This document shows, one piece after another, positions 25,101-34,031 of a DNA stretch of 34,578 nt. Location of the stretch: positions 1-34,578 of the IMG/VR virus record IMGVR_UViG_3300048578_000232; one strand, given 5' to 3'. The notes under the pieces were generated by a model. The model was given only the letters and a program-made list of their open reading frames with translations, was not told where the DNA came from and did not search any database. This stretch comes from a virus. Its lineage: Duplodnaviria > Caudoviricetes. Both the position numbers and the translations under genes were made by a program. Every line of letters begins with the position of its first letter. Within the stretch, counting starts at the first letter, position 1.

Positions 25101-28100
25101 GCAACGCCCTGTCCGACATCTTCGCCGAGGGCATCGACGTCTCCAGCCTGGGCAAATTCTCCACCGACTATTTTTCGGTCGGAACCGAGGCCGTGGCCTC
25201 CACCTACTCGGCCGCCGAGACGGCGGCCATGGCCGGCACGTCGGTGCTGGGCACCATCGGCTCTGTGCTCGGCGTGGTCGGGGCCATCGGCGGCGTGGTC
25301 GGGCTGCTCTCCGGGCTGTTTGGAGAGCAAAAGGAGGAGATCAAAAAGGTCGCCAGCGGCTACAACGTCCAGTACGCCGGCGGCAAAACCGTCACCAGCG
25401 GCGTGGATTTTTACTCCGACGGCTCGGTGGTCGGCACCGGCGTCGGCGATCCGGACGTGACCAAGAAAATTTCCGACGCGTTCAAGGACGCGGCAGAGAA
25501 CCTGAGCGATTTCGCGGATGTTCTTGGTTTTACGGTTGATGTGTTGGACGGCTTCCGGATGCCGTCGATGAACATCACCGACGACCAGCTGGACGGCTAC
25601 ATCCGCAACGGCACCAACGCCATGGCGTTCCAGGCCCTGGAGCAGGCCGGGCTGCGGGGCGCTTTCGACATGTTGGCCGAGGACGGCGAGGTCTACATCG
25701 ACCAGATCGAGCGCCTCGCCACGGCCTACTCGACCGGGGCCGGCAAGCTCTCGGCCTACGGCTACGAGATGGGGCAGGTGGCCCAGGTCACCCAGGACCA
25801 GATCGAGGCGCTGCGCACCCAGACCATCGAGACGGCGGCCGGCACCTCCGACGCCGTCATGGCCATGGCCCAGTCCATGGGCGCGACCAGCGCGCAGCTG
25901 GCCGAGCTGGCCGCCAACGCCTCGGACGGCTCCCAGGCCCTGGCCGTCACCGACGAGCAGTTGAGCAACCTGCTGGAAGCGGACTGGATGTCCAAGGTGC
26001 TCGACAACGTCGGCGGCGAAGATGCCTTTAACGCGGTCATGGACACGCTGTTGTCCAACGTCTTCGACAGCGTCGAGGCCTACGCCGAAAACCTGGGCTA
26101 CTACGGCAGCAAAGCCTCGACGGCCATTGCCAAGCTCGGCGATGCGTCGATCACCATCGACAACTTTTGGGACAAATTCAATGCGGCGCTCAAGGCCGGA
26201 CTGGACCCGGATCAGTTTGAGCTTTGGGCCAAGGCCAGCACCTGGGTCAACAGCATCGACAGCGTCACCAAGGCGCTGGCCGACTGGAACGACGCCATGG
26301 TGCAGGCAAGCCAGTCGCTGGATGTGCGGCTGCTCAAGGCCCGGGGCCTGGACTACGAGGCCGAGCTGACCCAGTTGGCCGCCGATGCCGAGTGGGAGCT
26401 GGCCGATGCCAGGGAGGCCGGCTACGACGCGGCCGTCATCGCGCGAATCCAGGAGGTGCAGGCAGCGGAGTTGGCGGCCAAAATCGCCGAGCACGTGGCC
26501 GACTACGCCGACAAGCTCCGCGACGCCAACAAGCGCTATGCCGAGGCCGTGGGCGACTCCTCGGCCCTGGTCGGGATCGCCATCGAGGAGAACGCCCTGG
26601 AGTTGGCCGAGCTGGCCAAGACGTTCAACTGGTCCCCGGGATCCAGCGAGGAAGGGCTGTTTCAGGCGACCCAGCGGGCGCAGTGGGCCGAGATCATCAA
26701 CATGATCCAGGAGACGGCCGACGCCCTGGCCGACTCGACCCGGGCCATTCGCGTCGACCTGGACGCCCGCAAGGCCGCCATCGCCGGCTACGACGAGGAG
26801 GCCGAGGCCATCCAGATGGTGGCCGGCTACGCCGACGAGCTGTCCCAGGCCATCGAGGACGGCCTCGACGAGGATCTCATCGCCGAGCTGATGCAGGTGC
26901 AGATTGATGAGCTGGCCAAGTACTGGGCCGATGCCCTGGAGGGCATGCGCTCGGATCTGGAGGATCTCTACCGCCAGCAGTCGGATCTGCTGGACAGCCT
27001 GTCCGGCAACACCAAAAGCGCCATCGAGGAGCTGTACGCGCTGTTTGCGCGCTACCAGGCCGGCGAGGAGGACCTGGCCGACGACATCATCGATTCGCTC
27101 AAGTCCATCGGCCAGGCCATCGACGCCATGGTCGAGGACATCTACGCCACCATCTACGAGATCCGCACCGGCGACTCGTACACCACCGACGACGCCGCCA
27201 CCGTGGCCGCCAACTCCAAGGCGTATTTCGAGGAGCAGTATGCCCTGGCCGCCTCGGGCGACACCGAGGCCATGGCCAACGTCACCAGCTACGCCAAGGA
27301 TTACCTGACCTCCTTGCGGTCATCGACGGCCGATCAGTCGGTCTACCAGTCCGGGGTGGATTACGTCACCTCGATGCTGTCGCAACTCGGCGCATCCGGC
27401 ACCGCCATCGGCGGCAATTTGACGGGGATCGGCGAGACCGTGACCGATGACCAGATCGAGGCGGCCAGGGAGGCCCTGCACCGGGCCGAGGTAGCCCAGC
27501 TCAAGAGCAAATATGATGCGCTGTGGACGCAGACGTTGGGCGCGTTTCAGGGATCCGACGTCGCCAAGTACATCCAGGGGTTGGCTACCACCGGTATCGG
27601 TTGGCAGGGCCTTACCGACCTGTTTGCGGATTACGAGGGCGACGGACAAACGCGGCTGCAGGAGATCCAAAGCGGCAAGATCAATTACGTCGATTATATC
27701 GGCTGGTTCCAAACCAACTACGGCACGGGCACTGGGTACGTCGATTGGGGCGGTGCATTGCAGCTCTGGAAACAGCATGCCGCGTTGCCGAGCAGTGTCT
27801 CGTCGCTCTACGACCAGTCGCAAACGGCCTACGATTCCTGGCAGGCGCTCAAAACGCAGTACGGATTCGCCACCGGCGGCCTGATCGAGGGCGGCATCCC
27901 GGGCGAGGACAGCGTTTTTGTGCTCGGCAAACCCGGCGAGGCCGTGCTCACCGAGCGGCAGACCGACATGCTGCTGCTTTTGGCCGAGCGCATCCAGGGC
28001 GTGATGCTCGGCGGGGCCGCGCCAGCCATGTCCGGCCGTGACGATCTGGCCGCCGAGGTGGCCGAGCTGCGCCGCGAGGTCGTGCGCCAGGGCGACCGGC

Positions 28101-28204
28101 TGCGCCAGACCCAGGAGCGCCTGGTCGAAAACTCCCAGGCCGTTGTTTCCATGCTCACCCGCTGCGGCGCCAAGGAGGGCAACCTCATGGTGGTTACCTC
28201 GTGA
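22193..28204 (+). CDS. Tail tape measure protein (TP901-like core), 2003 aa
   Basis: AGTLAVEMTAD N-terminus, YQVLSSG / GQTSFAEL core, long Ala-rich helical region and C-terminal GFATGG...DSV...GEAVLT. Confidence 0.92.
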   Translation: MRIKAGTLAVEMTADGRDLEASLKRADSLTEAFQDNVERRMRRAGNSMRGVGQAAGMTEKEVKSLEDRMRQGLAADSASRALDNLRRYAGLTSQEYERLAARMGVAAKEGDKASLSLAGIAKRAGAAAAAYVSLREGVSLANSSFMSFLGYEADLTDMARVTSQSLGEVDATIKALPRTMGDPQAMMQAYYQVLSSGATDSAQAMDLLTTSAKASKAAHVAQSETVKGLTKLLAGFDGEIRSAAEASDLLFRIDNLGQTSFAELVPVIGDVAEVTHLVGVSSQEMAAGLALVTQTSGSTSEAATKWKAIMVGLYKPTENMEKVLKALGYQSGVAMVQELGFAGTLQKLQATAEVSGFSLGKLFESSEALTGIAGLGAQEWERYTSILRDVRQGSDETEQAWQRWLTTSQAVKDNYDATLKQLAIEFGHELAPMMTAGMDSFAASVTTNKGPILTTLGGIEMSVRAITSAAMAATREFQTFANSIAAGIAVVKGEMAFSDWALSGPEQLAQKLQAAGDKLRANADAQAKEARTQALMAGDNGGTIPELSQLFPGDAPAKIDKAKKAVDGVKVSLKDNSKAAENAALAAERYGERAEAYFEQVQYAIASLSDSLSGGLESETLKVDKQFDKIFGDIRRNLIGAKGDTKGFSDAWVAAEQAWPVLRMAAQLKDFGKEIEKGAKYARDMGTYLSDPQQLQAADWLEGYKQYLEDLREARYATDQEDAAGLARAQSRWDAYQQHVLQAERDRLGEGGKLSEAYWASEAAALQNHLAAVREIAGDETAVKIYEAERWDQFLKAQLEEEAKYAGSFGETLAAKWSLAFGGYESETTKAKKRWDSMADGMVEATDGLIEGVSGGIGDLIRNIGNGTASIEDLWRNMLARMLDAFAGFVEKLVQQQLEDLVGGLFSGSGSGGLSLSSLTGSKSSGGSLGDGLDAIKTLGDYVGKSSGNAIGDYLTTAASSGNTLFLGGGNALSDIFAEGIDVSSLGKFSTDYFSVGTEAVASTYSAAETAAMAGTSVLGTIGSVLGVVGAIGGVVGLLSGLFGEQKEEIKKVASGYNVQYAGGKTVTSGVDFYSDGSVVGTGVGDPDVTKKISDAFKDAAENLSDFADVLGFTVDVLDGFRMPSMNITDDQLDGYIRNGTNAMAFQALEQAGLRGAFDMLAEDGEVYIDQIERLATAYSTGAGKLSAYGYEMGQVAQVTQDQIEALRTQTIETAAGTSDAVMAMAQSMGATSAQLAELAANASDGSQALAVTDEQLSNLLEADWMSKVLDNVGGEDAFNAVMDTLLSNVFDSVEAYAENLGYYGSKASTAIAKLGDASITIDNFWDKFNAALKAGLDPDQFELWAKASTWVNSIDSVTKALADWNDAMVQASQSLDVRLLKARGLDYEAELTQLAADAEWELADAREAGYDAAVIARIQEVQAAELAAKIAEHVADYADKLRDANKRYAEAVGDSSALVGIAIEENALELAELAKTFNWSPGSSEEGLFQATQRAQWAEIINMIQETADALADSTRAIRVDLDARKAAIAGYDEEAEAIQMVAGYADELSQAIEDGLDEDLIAELMQVQIDELAKYWADALEGMRSDLEDLYRQQSDLLDSLSGNTKSAIEELYALFARYQAGEEDLADDIIDSLKSIGQAIDAMVEDIYATIYEIRTGDSYTTDDAATVAANSKAYFEEQYALAASGDTEAMANVTSYAKDYLTSLRSSTADQSVYQSGVDYVTSMLSQLGASGTAIGGNLTGIGETVTDDQIEAAREALHRAEVAQLKSKYDALWTQTLGAFQGSDVAKYIQGLATTGIGWQGLTDLFADYEGDGQTRLQEIQSGKINYVDYIGWFQTNYGTGTGYVDWGGALQLWKQHAALPSSVSSLYDQSQTAYDSWQALKTQYGFATGGLIEGGIPGEDSVFVLGKPGEAVLTERQTDMLLLLAERIQGVMLGGAAPAMSGRDDLAAEVAELRREVVRQGDRLRQTQERLVENSQAVVSMLTRCGAKEGNLMVVTS

Positions 28205-29094
28205 AAGTGGTCATCCCACGCGACATCACGCTGATCGCGACCAACGTGCCCGAGACGGACGCCGAGGAGTGGTCCGCTGCTACCAAGTATCCGGCTGGCC
28301 GGACGGTAATGGTGGCCGCCGAGCATCGTCTCTACCTCTCGCTACGCGAGACGACCGGCGAGGCCCCGGCCAGCCATCTGCTGGGCACGGACCCGGCCTG
28401 GAGCGACCGCGGAGCCACCAACGCCCACCGGATGTTCGACGAGTACGTCAACACCGTCACCAGCGTGGAGGGGCTGCTGGACGTGACCATCTCGGCCTCG
28501 CGGTGCGACTCGGTGGGGCTGTTTGGCTGCCGGGGCAAAATGCTCACGTTGGATCTGCTGATGGGCGGCGTGGTCATCTGGAGCAGAACGTGGACCCTAC
28601 TCAAGCCGTCCTACACCTACACCGAGTACTGTTTCACGACGCCCGAATTTGTCCGGGACGTCTTTGCCTCCATCCCGGTCCGGGGAGGCTCCCAGCTGCG
28701 CATCCGCATCGACGCCGGCGAGGGCGGCACGGCCCAGTGCGGTGTGGTGGCCATCGGCATGGGGGCCTACCTCGGTGAGACCACCTGGGACGTGTCGCCC
28801 AGCCGCATCAGCTACTCCAAGGTGACCACCAACGATTTCGGCCACACCTCGCTCAGTAAAGGCAAGACGGCAAAATACCTGAAATTCAAGGCGACATTCG
28901 ACACCGACAATATCGACCACATCCAAAAAAGGTTGGACGACATCGACGGCCTGGCCTGCTTGTTTGTCGCCTACGGGGAGACGGGTTTTCAGCCGGAATC
29001 CCTGTTGGTTTACGGGTTTGCCAAGGAGGTCGACCCGAACCTGCCCAACGGCGTGAAGTCCACCATCAGTTTCGAGGTCCAGGGCCTCATTTAG
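28201..29094 (+). CDS. Putative distal tail / tail-tip protein
   Basis: GTGA overlap with the tape measure stop; beta-rich; YSKVTTNDFG motif. Function inferred from position. Confidence 0.65.
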   Translation: MKVVIPRDITLIATNVPETDAEEWSAATKYPAGRTVMVAAEHRLYLSLRETTGEAPASHLLGTDPAWSDRGATNAHRMFDEYVNTVTSVEGLLDVTISASRCDSVGLFGCRGKMLTLDLLMGGVVIWSRTWTLLKPSYTYTEYCFTTPEFVRDVFASIPVRGGSQLRIRIDAGEGGTAQCGVVAIGMGAYLGETTWDVSPSRISYSKVTTNDFGHTSLSKGKTAKYLKFKATFDTDNIDHIQKRLDDIDGLACLFVAYGETGFQPESLLVYGFAKEVDPNLPNGVKSTISFEVQGLI

Positions 29095-29102
29095 GGGGGA
29101 GC

Positions 29103-29933
29103 ATGACGATACCGAGCCTGACGCCGTTGTCCACGCCGCCGAGTCGGACAACGGGCAATTTTGACGAGGCCATGGACCTCACGCTGGTGGAGCTCGACCG
29201 GATGGTCGACCAGCTCAACGAGACGATTCCGGCGATCAACGGGGTGGTGGATGCGGTTGACGCTAAAGCCAACGAGGCCGCGAACTCGGCCACCAATGCG
29301 GCCACGTCCGAGGCCAACGCCCTGGCCTCTAAAAATGCGGCTGCCACCTCGGCGACCAATGCGACCGCATCGGCTACGACTGCGACGACAAAAGCCACGG
29401 CTGCCGCGACCTCGGCGACCAATGCGGCCACGTCCGAGGCCAACGCCCTGGCCTCCAAAAATGCGGCTGCCACCTCGGCGACCAATGCGGCCGCATCGGC
29501 CACGACTGCGACGACAAAAGCCACGGCTGCCGCCACCTCGGAGTCCAATGCGGCCACGTCGGAGGCCAACGCCATGGCCTCGAAGAACGCCGCCACTGTT
29601 GCAGCGACCAATGCAGCCACGTCCGAGACCAATGCCCTGGCGTCGAAGAATGCGGCTGCCAACTCGGCAACCAATGCGGCCACGTCCGAGGCCAATGCCT
29701 TGGCCTCCAAGAATGCGGCGGCGACGTCGGCTGCGACAGCCGGGACAAGCGCGGCAGAGGCTGTTGCCGCACGCGATGCTGCGCAGGCCGCAGCCGCAGG
29801 ATTGGGATTGCCCGCGATCACAGCCGCTGATGCGGGATTGGCGCTGGTTGTCGGGTCTGACGGCAAACTGACGTTGGGGCAATCAGGGCTGTCCAAGGCT
29901 GATGTCAGACGGATTGCACTACGGTATTCTTAG
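29103..29933 (+). CDS. Tail fibre shaft protein with Ala/Ser/Thr heptad repeats (Stf-like)
   Basis: Repeated SATNAATSEANALASKNAAAT; SD GGGGGAG. Confidence 0.8.
   Translation: MTIPSLTPLSTPPSRTTGNFDEAMDLTLVELDRMVDQLNETIPAINGVVDAVDAKANEAANSATNAATSEANALASKNAAATSATNATASATTATTKATAAATSATNAATSEANALASKNAAATSATNAAASATTATTKATAAATSESNAATSEANAMASKNAATVAATNAATSETNALASKNAAANSATNAATSEANALASKNAAATSAATAGTSAAEAVAARDAAQAAAAGLGLPAITAADAGLALVVGSDGKLTLGQSGLSKADVRRIALRYS
29286..29726 (+). repeat. Seven 63-bp (21-aa) coding tandem units, pattern A-B-A-B-A-A-A
   Basis: Near-identical 126-bp duplication starting at about 29286 and 29412. Confidence 0.88.
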
Positions 29934-29942
29934 GGGGATTCA

Positions 29943-30266
29943 ATGGCTATCAAACCATGGACGCTGCCAAACGTGGCGGCCAACACCGTGACGGATTGGG
30001 TCGTGCCCGGGGCGAACCTGGAAGTCGCTATCTTCGGCATCAGCATCTGCAATACCGGAACGGTCGATACCGCCGACATCACCGTCACCCTCACAACCTC
30101 CACAGGGACCATTAAAGCGACTCCGCTCAAAGCGTCGTTGGCCCCTGGTGAATCCATCCACATCGATACGAAGATCTTCCTTGCCGCCAGCGCCACCCCG
30201 GACAAGCTGCGGGTGCTCTCGACGCTGGCGTCGGTCTCGTTCCTGGCGTCGGGAGAGGAGGGCTAG
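29943..30266 (+). CDS. Small beta-rich fibre-associated protein
   Basis: 107 aa, SD AGGGGGA, located between the fibre and Gly-rich genes. Confidence 0.7.
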   Translation: MAIKPWTLPNVAANTVTDWVVPGANLEVAIFGISICNTGTVDTADITVTLTTSTGTIKATPLKASLAPGESIHIDTKIFLAASATPDKLRVLSTLASVSFLASGEEG

Positions 30267-30269
30267 GCC

Positions 30270-31349
30270 ATGGGTGTATCGAAACTCTCCGCCAAGCAAC
30301 CGTGGACAGCCGTTTGGACCCCGGGCGTCAATCTGGTCAATTTTTTCAACCTCTACGACTCCAAGGGGGACGTGACGATCAGCGTGGCTACGTCCATCCC
30401 GACGACGTTGGACGGCCCCATTCAGGTCGCCAGATACGGGGCGTTGACGGTCAACGCGGCCCTGACGGCCTCGCAGCGATGCCGTGGGTTGATTATACTG
30501 TCTGACGCACGTTCCACAGGCGCGGCCGGCTCTGTCTCCATGACTGCCCGAGGCGCTGCAGGGGCTAAAAACTGGGCTGTGGACAAAGATATTTTTGTGC
30601 CGCAGGCGATTACGTTCTCGGGCAAAAACACCAGCTACGCCGATTTTCTCAAATGGATTCGCACCACGGGCTACTGCATATTTGACCCGAGCATGTATGC
30701 CTGCCCACCTCCTGGGATGGGTGACGTTACGTGTGATTGGGCGACGTGGACGCCCTATGGCAGCACCATTATTTCGGCGGCCGGGTGCGGTGCAGGGGCT
30801 GCTCCTGGCAACAACACGTATGGCAACTTCACCCCTGGCGGAGCTGGTTCCAACGCCCCGGGCGGCGGAGGGGGCGGCTGCGGCGAAGGAGGATCTTCTG
30901 GTGGTTGGGGGGGCCCCGGTCGGCCCTGGGGCGGCGGACCAGGCGGCGGCGGCGGCCCGGCCAGAAGCGCGGACGCATATGGGGGCTTTGGCGGCCTGGG
31001 CGATTGGGGCGGCGGCGGAGCTGGGAATCCTCCCGGGCCTGGGGCAGGCATAGGCACAGGCGGCGTCCTGCTCGAATTTTGTCGTGGGAACGCATCTTTT
31101 ACCGCCGGCCATTCGATCACTGCTAATGGGGCAAATGGCGGCAGTGGGACGTGTGGCGGTGGCGGTTCTGCTGGTGGCTTTGCGGGATTGTTCTGCGGCG
31201 GCTCACTAACTGGCAGTCCGAATCTGTCGGCTGCCGGCGGTCCTGCTGGCAGCGGGGCCAATGTTGATGGTCGTTATAAGAGCGGATCCGCTGGTGGAGC
31301 CGGATCTACGCAGTCAAAATCATTTGCAACCATGGGATGGGCTGCTTGA
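30270..31349 (+). CDS. Glycine-rich putative receptor-binding adhesin
   Basis: The C-terminal half has many GGxGG runs separated by short loops; SD GAGGAGG. Confidence 0.7.
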   Translation: MGVSKLSAKQPWTAVWTPGVNLVNFFNLYDSKGDVTISVATSIPTTLDGPIQVARYGALTVNAALTASQRCRGLIILSDARSTGAAGSVSMTARGAAGAKNWAVDKDIFVPQAITFSGKNTSYADFLKWIRTTGYCIFDPSMYACPPPGMGDVTCDWATWTPYGSTIISAAGCGAGAAPGNNTYGNFTPGGAGSNAPGGGGGGCGEGGSSGGWGGPGRPWGGGPGGGGGPARSADAYGGFGGLGDWGGGGAGNPPGPGAGIGTGGVLLEFCRGNASFTAGHSITANGANGGSGTCGGGGSAGGFAGLFCGGSLTGSPNLSAAGGPAGSGANVDGRYKSGSAGGAGSTQSKSFATMGWAA

Positions 31350-32026
31350 TGACCACGATACTGCACGACCCCTTATCCACCGCGTCCCGGGATTTTTTGG
31401 CTTCCCTCGGCCTCATGATCCCCCAAGGGGATGACGTCACCGTGACCATCGGCACCGACACCGTTCGCATTGTGTCCGACCATGCCACCGCTGTGGCTCT
31501 CTGTCCGGCATTTCCCGGCTACCCGGTTGCTTTGATCGGCGACGGCGAGACTCGGCGGATGCTGGCCTTCCCGGCCTCCTGGGGAGAGGTGACCACCTGG
31601 GCCGTCGGGGCAACTTCCTCGATATTGGCCGATGCTGTTGGCGAGTCCTGCGCCCGCATTGACGCCCACGCCGAATCGCTGTGCAACCAAGTCATCACCC
31701 CAGGCTCGGCCCAGATGGCCCGCTACCAGCGTAAGGAGGCCCAAGCCCGGGCCTATCTGGCCGCGCAGGAGGTCGGTACGCTGTCCGAGGACGCGGACGC
31801 CCTAGCCCAGGCCTATCCGGCCGTGGTCGGTGAGGTCGGCATTACGGCCGAGACGCCCGAGGGCGTGGCGCGCGTCATCGTGGCCATGGCCGACGCCTGG
31901 TGGGCCTATGGCGACGCGGTGGAGGCGGCCCGGCTGGCCGGCAAGCGGGCCGTCGAGGCAGCCGGGACTCCCGAGGCCGTGGCCGCTGCCGAGGCGGCGA
32001 TTGTCTGGCCGGCGGTGCCGGAGTAG
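31349..32026 (+). CDS. Tail fibre assembly-like protein
   Basis: Stop/start overlap with the upstream gene; RYQRKEAQARAYL..EAARLAGKRAV..IVWP; last gene of the late operon. Confidence 0.6.
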   Translation: MTTILHDPLSTASRDFLASLGLMIPQGDDVTVTIGTDTVRIVSDHATAVALCPAFPGYPVALIGDGETRRMLAFPASWGEVTTWAVGATSSILADAVGESCARIDAHAESLCNQVITPGSAQMARYQRKEAQARAYLAAQEVGTLSEDADALAQAYPAVVGEVGITAETPEGVARVIVAMADAWWAYGDAVEAARLAGKRAVEAAGTPEAVAAAEAAIVWPAVPE

Positions 32027-32049
32027 GGCCGGGCGGCGTGTGATCGTTC

Positions 32050-32080
32050 AAGCCCCGGTTTCGGCCGGGGCTTTTGTTTT
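32050..32080 (+). terminator. Rho-independent terminator ending the late operon
   Basis: AAGCCCCGGT-TTCG-GCCGGGGCTT-TTGTTTT between convergent genes. Confidence 0.88.
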
Positions 32081-32121
32081 GGCGGCGGGGTGGAAGCGGT
32101 TGCGCCGAGGGGATGCGTCGG

Positions 32122-33402
32122 TCAGGCCTTCACAACCGGCAGTTCGAGCCAGGCCGTTGTATAGCGCGGGGAGCGCTTGGCCTGCCGCATCCTCCAGTCT
32201 TGTTTGGTGCCGCAGGCAGCCAGGCGTAGGGTGTCGCGGCCCCAGCGGGCGTTGGTCTTGTCCAGCACGGCCATGAGGCGTTCCCGTCTGGGATCGATGG
32301 CGGCAGGCGGGTCGAGCAGCGACAGGCGGCGGAAACCGTACGGCTCCAGGCCGGACAGCATGACGCCGGCTTTCTTGTAGCGGTAGCCTTTGCGAAAGAT
32401 GCGCTCCAGCACCTGCAGCGCCGCCTTGAGGATTTCGCTGGTATGGGCGGTGGCGAAGGGCAGCCCGGCGTAGGCCGAGTTGGCGTATTGCGGCTCGCCG
32501 GCGATGAAGGTGTTGGTCTGCACCCAGACCGTGACCCCGTTGGCCACCAGCCGGCCGTGGCGCATGCGTTCCGCCGCCCGGGTGACGTAGACGGCCAGGG
32601 CCTCGCGCATCTCCTCGATGGTGGTCACCGGCTTGCCGAAGGACCGGGAAGCGGCCACGGATTTCTTGGCCGGGGCAACCGTCTCCAGGTCGATGCAGGG
32701 GATGCCGCGCAGTTCCAGCAGGGTGTGCAGCCCGCCGACGGTCATCCGTTTCTTGACGAAATCCCGTGGCAGATCCCGGAATTGCCGGGCGTTGGTGATG
32801 CCGTGGCGTTCCAGCATGGCGGCGTAGCGCCGGCCGATGCCCCAAACGTCTTCCACGGGAACCCGCTCCAGGAGCGCATCCGGATCGGGGCTTGCCCCGA
32901 TGTCCAGCACGCCGTTGAGGCCCGGTTCCTTCTTGCTCAGTTTGTTGGCGATCTTGGCCAGGGTCTTGGTGGGTCCCAGGCCGACGGCCACGGGGATGCC
33001 GGTCCAGCGCCGCACGGTGTCCCGGATCTCCCGGCTGTATCCGATGACGTCGCCGGGCATGCCGGTCAGGTCGAGGAAGGCCTCGTCGATGGAATAGACT
33101 TCCAGGCTTGGCGTGAAGCGGGCCAGGGTTTTCATGACCCGGGCCGAGAGGTCGCCGTAGAGGGTGTAGTTGGAGGAAAAGACGGCGACGTTATGCCGCT
33201 TGAACAGTTCGCGGCACTCGAAGGCCGGCTTGCCCATGGGGATGCCGGCGGCCTTGGCTTCGGCCGAGCGGGCGATGACGCAGCCGTCGTTGTTGGACAG
33301 CACGACCACGGGCCGGTTGGCCAGGGCCGGCACGAACACCTTTTCGCAGGACGCGTAGAAGGAGTTGCAGTCCACCAGGGCCAGGATCTGGCGGGGCGGC
33401 AT
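32122..33402 (-). CDS. umuC: Y-family DNA polymerase V catalytic subunit
   Basis: LVDCNSFYASCE, SNNDGCVIARS, YSIDEAF and C-terminal WRMRQ..SPRYTT. True start is ATG 33402. Confidence 0.95.
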   Translation of the reverse strand: MPPRQILALVDCNSFYASCEKVFVPALANRPVVVLSNNDGCVIARSAEAKAAGIPMGKPAFECRELFKRHNVAVFSSNYTLYGDLSARVMKTLARFTPSLEVYSIDEAFLDLTGMPGDVIGYSREIRDTVRRWTGIPVAVGLGPTKTLAKIANKLSKKEPGLNGVLDIGASPDPDALLERVPVEDVWGIGRRYAAMLERHGITNARQFRDLPRDFVKKRMTVGGLHTLLELRGIPCIDLETVAPAKKSVAASRSFGKPVTTIEEMREALAVYVTRAAERMRHGRLVANGVTVWVQTNTFIAGEPQYANSAYAGLPFATAHTSEILKAALQVLERIFRKGYRYKKAGVMLSGLEPYGFRRLSLLDPPAAIDPRRERLMAVLDKTNARWGRDTLRLAACGTKQDWRMRQAKRSPRYTTAWLELPVVKA

Positions 33403-33407
33403 GGTGG

Positions 33408-33836
33408 TCAAGTCCGGTGGATGACGAAGGTGACCACGCCCCAGATCTCGAACGACGATTCGGGGAGAATTTCCAGGGGCGTGTAAGCCGGGTTTTCGGG
33501 GGCCAGATACAGGCGTCCGTCTTGTTGCCGCAGCCGTTTGACGGTCAATTCGCCGTCCACGGCCGCGATGACGATGCGTCCGTGCTTGGCCTCCAGGGCC
33601 CGGTCCACCACCAGGATGTCGCCGGAGTGGATGCCGGCGTCGCGCATGGAGTCGCCGCTGGCCCGCACATAAAAAGTGGCGGCCGGATGGGCGATGCACA
33701 GCTCGTTAAGATCCAGGGCCTGGTCCAGATAATCCTCGGCTGGACTGGGAAAACCGGCGGAAACCGGAGCCAGATACAGCGGCAGCGGCAGGGCGGTCCG
33801 GGCCGCCAGGGGGTTGAGGTGCGGGTGGGCGCTCAT
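33408..33836 (-). CDS. umuD: UmuD (S24 self-cleaving subunit)
   Basis: SAGFPSPAEDY cleavage region, GDSM (Ser) and TVKRL (Lys). Confidence 0.95.
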   Translation of the reverse strand: MSAHPHLNPLAARTALPLPLYLAPVSAGFPSPAEDYLDQALDLNELCIAHPAATFYVRASGDSMRDAGIHSGDILVVDRALEAKHGRIVIAAVDGELTVKRLRQQDGRLYLAPENPAYTPLEILPESSFEIWGVVTFVIHRT

Positions 33837-33869
33837 GAGGGCTTTGTAGGGGGAAATGCGGGTGTTGTC

Positions 33870-33905
33870 TATTAATATAAACAAGTGTAAATTGATATAA
33901 ACGAT
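33870..33905 (-). promoter_or_regulatory. AT-rich umuDC promoter region with ATATAAAC direct repeat
   Basis: ATATAAAC at 33875 and 33895 (20-bp period). Possible repressor sites; consensus not recognised. Confidence 0.35.
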
Positions 33906-33914
33906 TTTGGCCGT

Positions 33915-34031
33915 GTTTATGGTCGCTAGGTCTGGCTTTACGGCATCCCTGGTCAGGATGCCCACGGACTGGATGAACTAGCCGTCCGGCATGGTGGCTT
34001 GTTCGAAAATATCGGCCAGGACCATGACTTC
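33915..34031 (-). pseudogene. Fragment resembling SRAP (SOS response-associated peptidase)
   Basis: EVMVLADIFEQATMPDG*FIQSVGILTRDAVKPDLATIN resembles the SRAP LAG[IL]..DG...S..ILT..A...L..IH segment. In-frame TAG at 33978-33980. Confidence 0.5.

Noticed and set aside
21596-26494. 1632-aa minus-strand ORF
   Set aside because: Antisense shadow of the tape measure gene; stop codons are scarce in GC-rich coding DNA and no domain motifs are present.
29103-32026. Diversity-generating retroelement or invertible fibre switch
   Set aside because: No reverse transcriptase, template/variable repeat pair, invertase or inverted crossover sites were seen in the window.
33403-33965. N-terminal extensions of umuC (from 33699) and umuD (from 33965)
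   Set aside because: Family motifs begin at ATG 33402 and ATG 33836; the extensions overlap umuD or promoter/pseudogene DNA.
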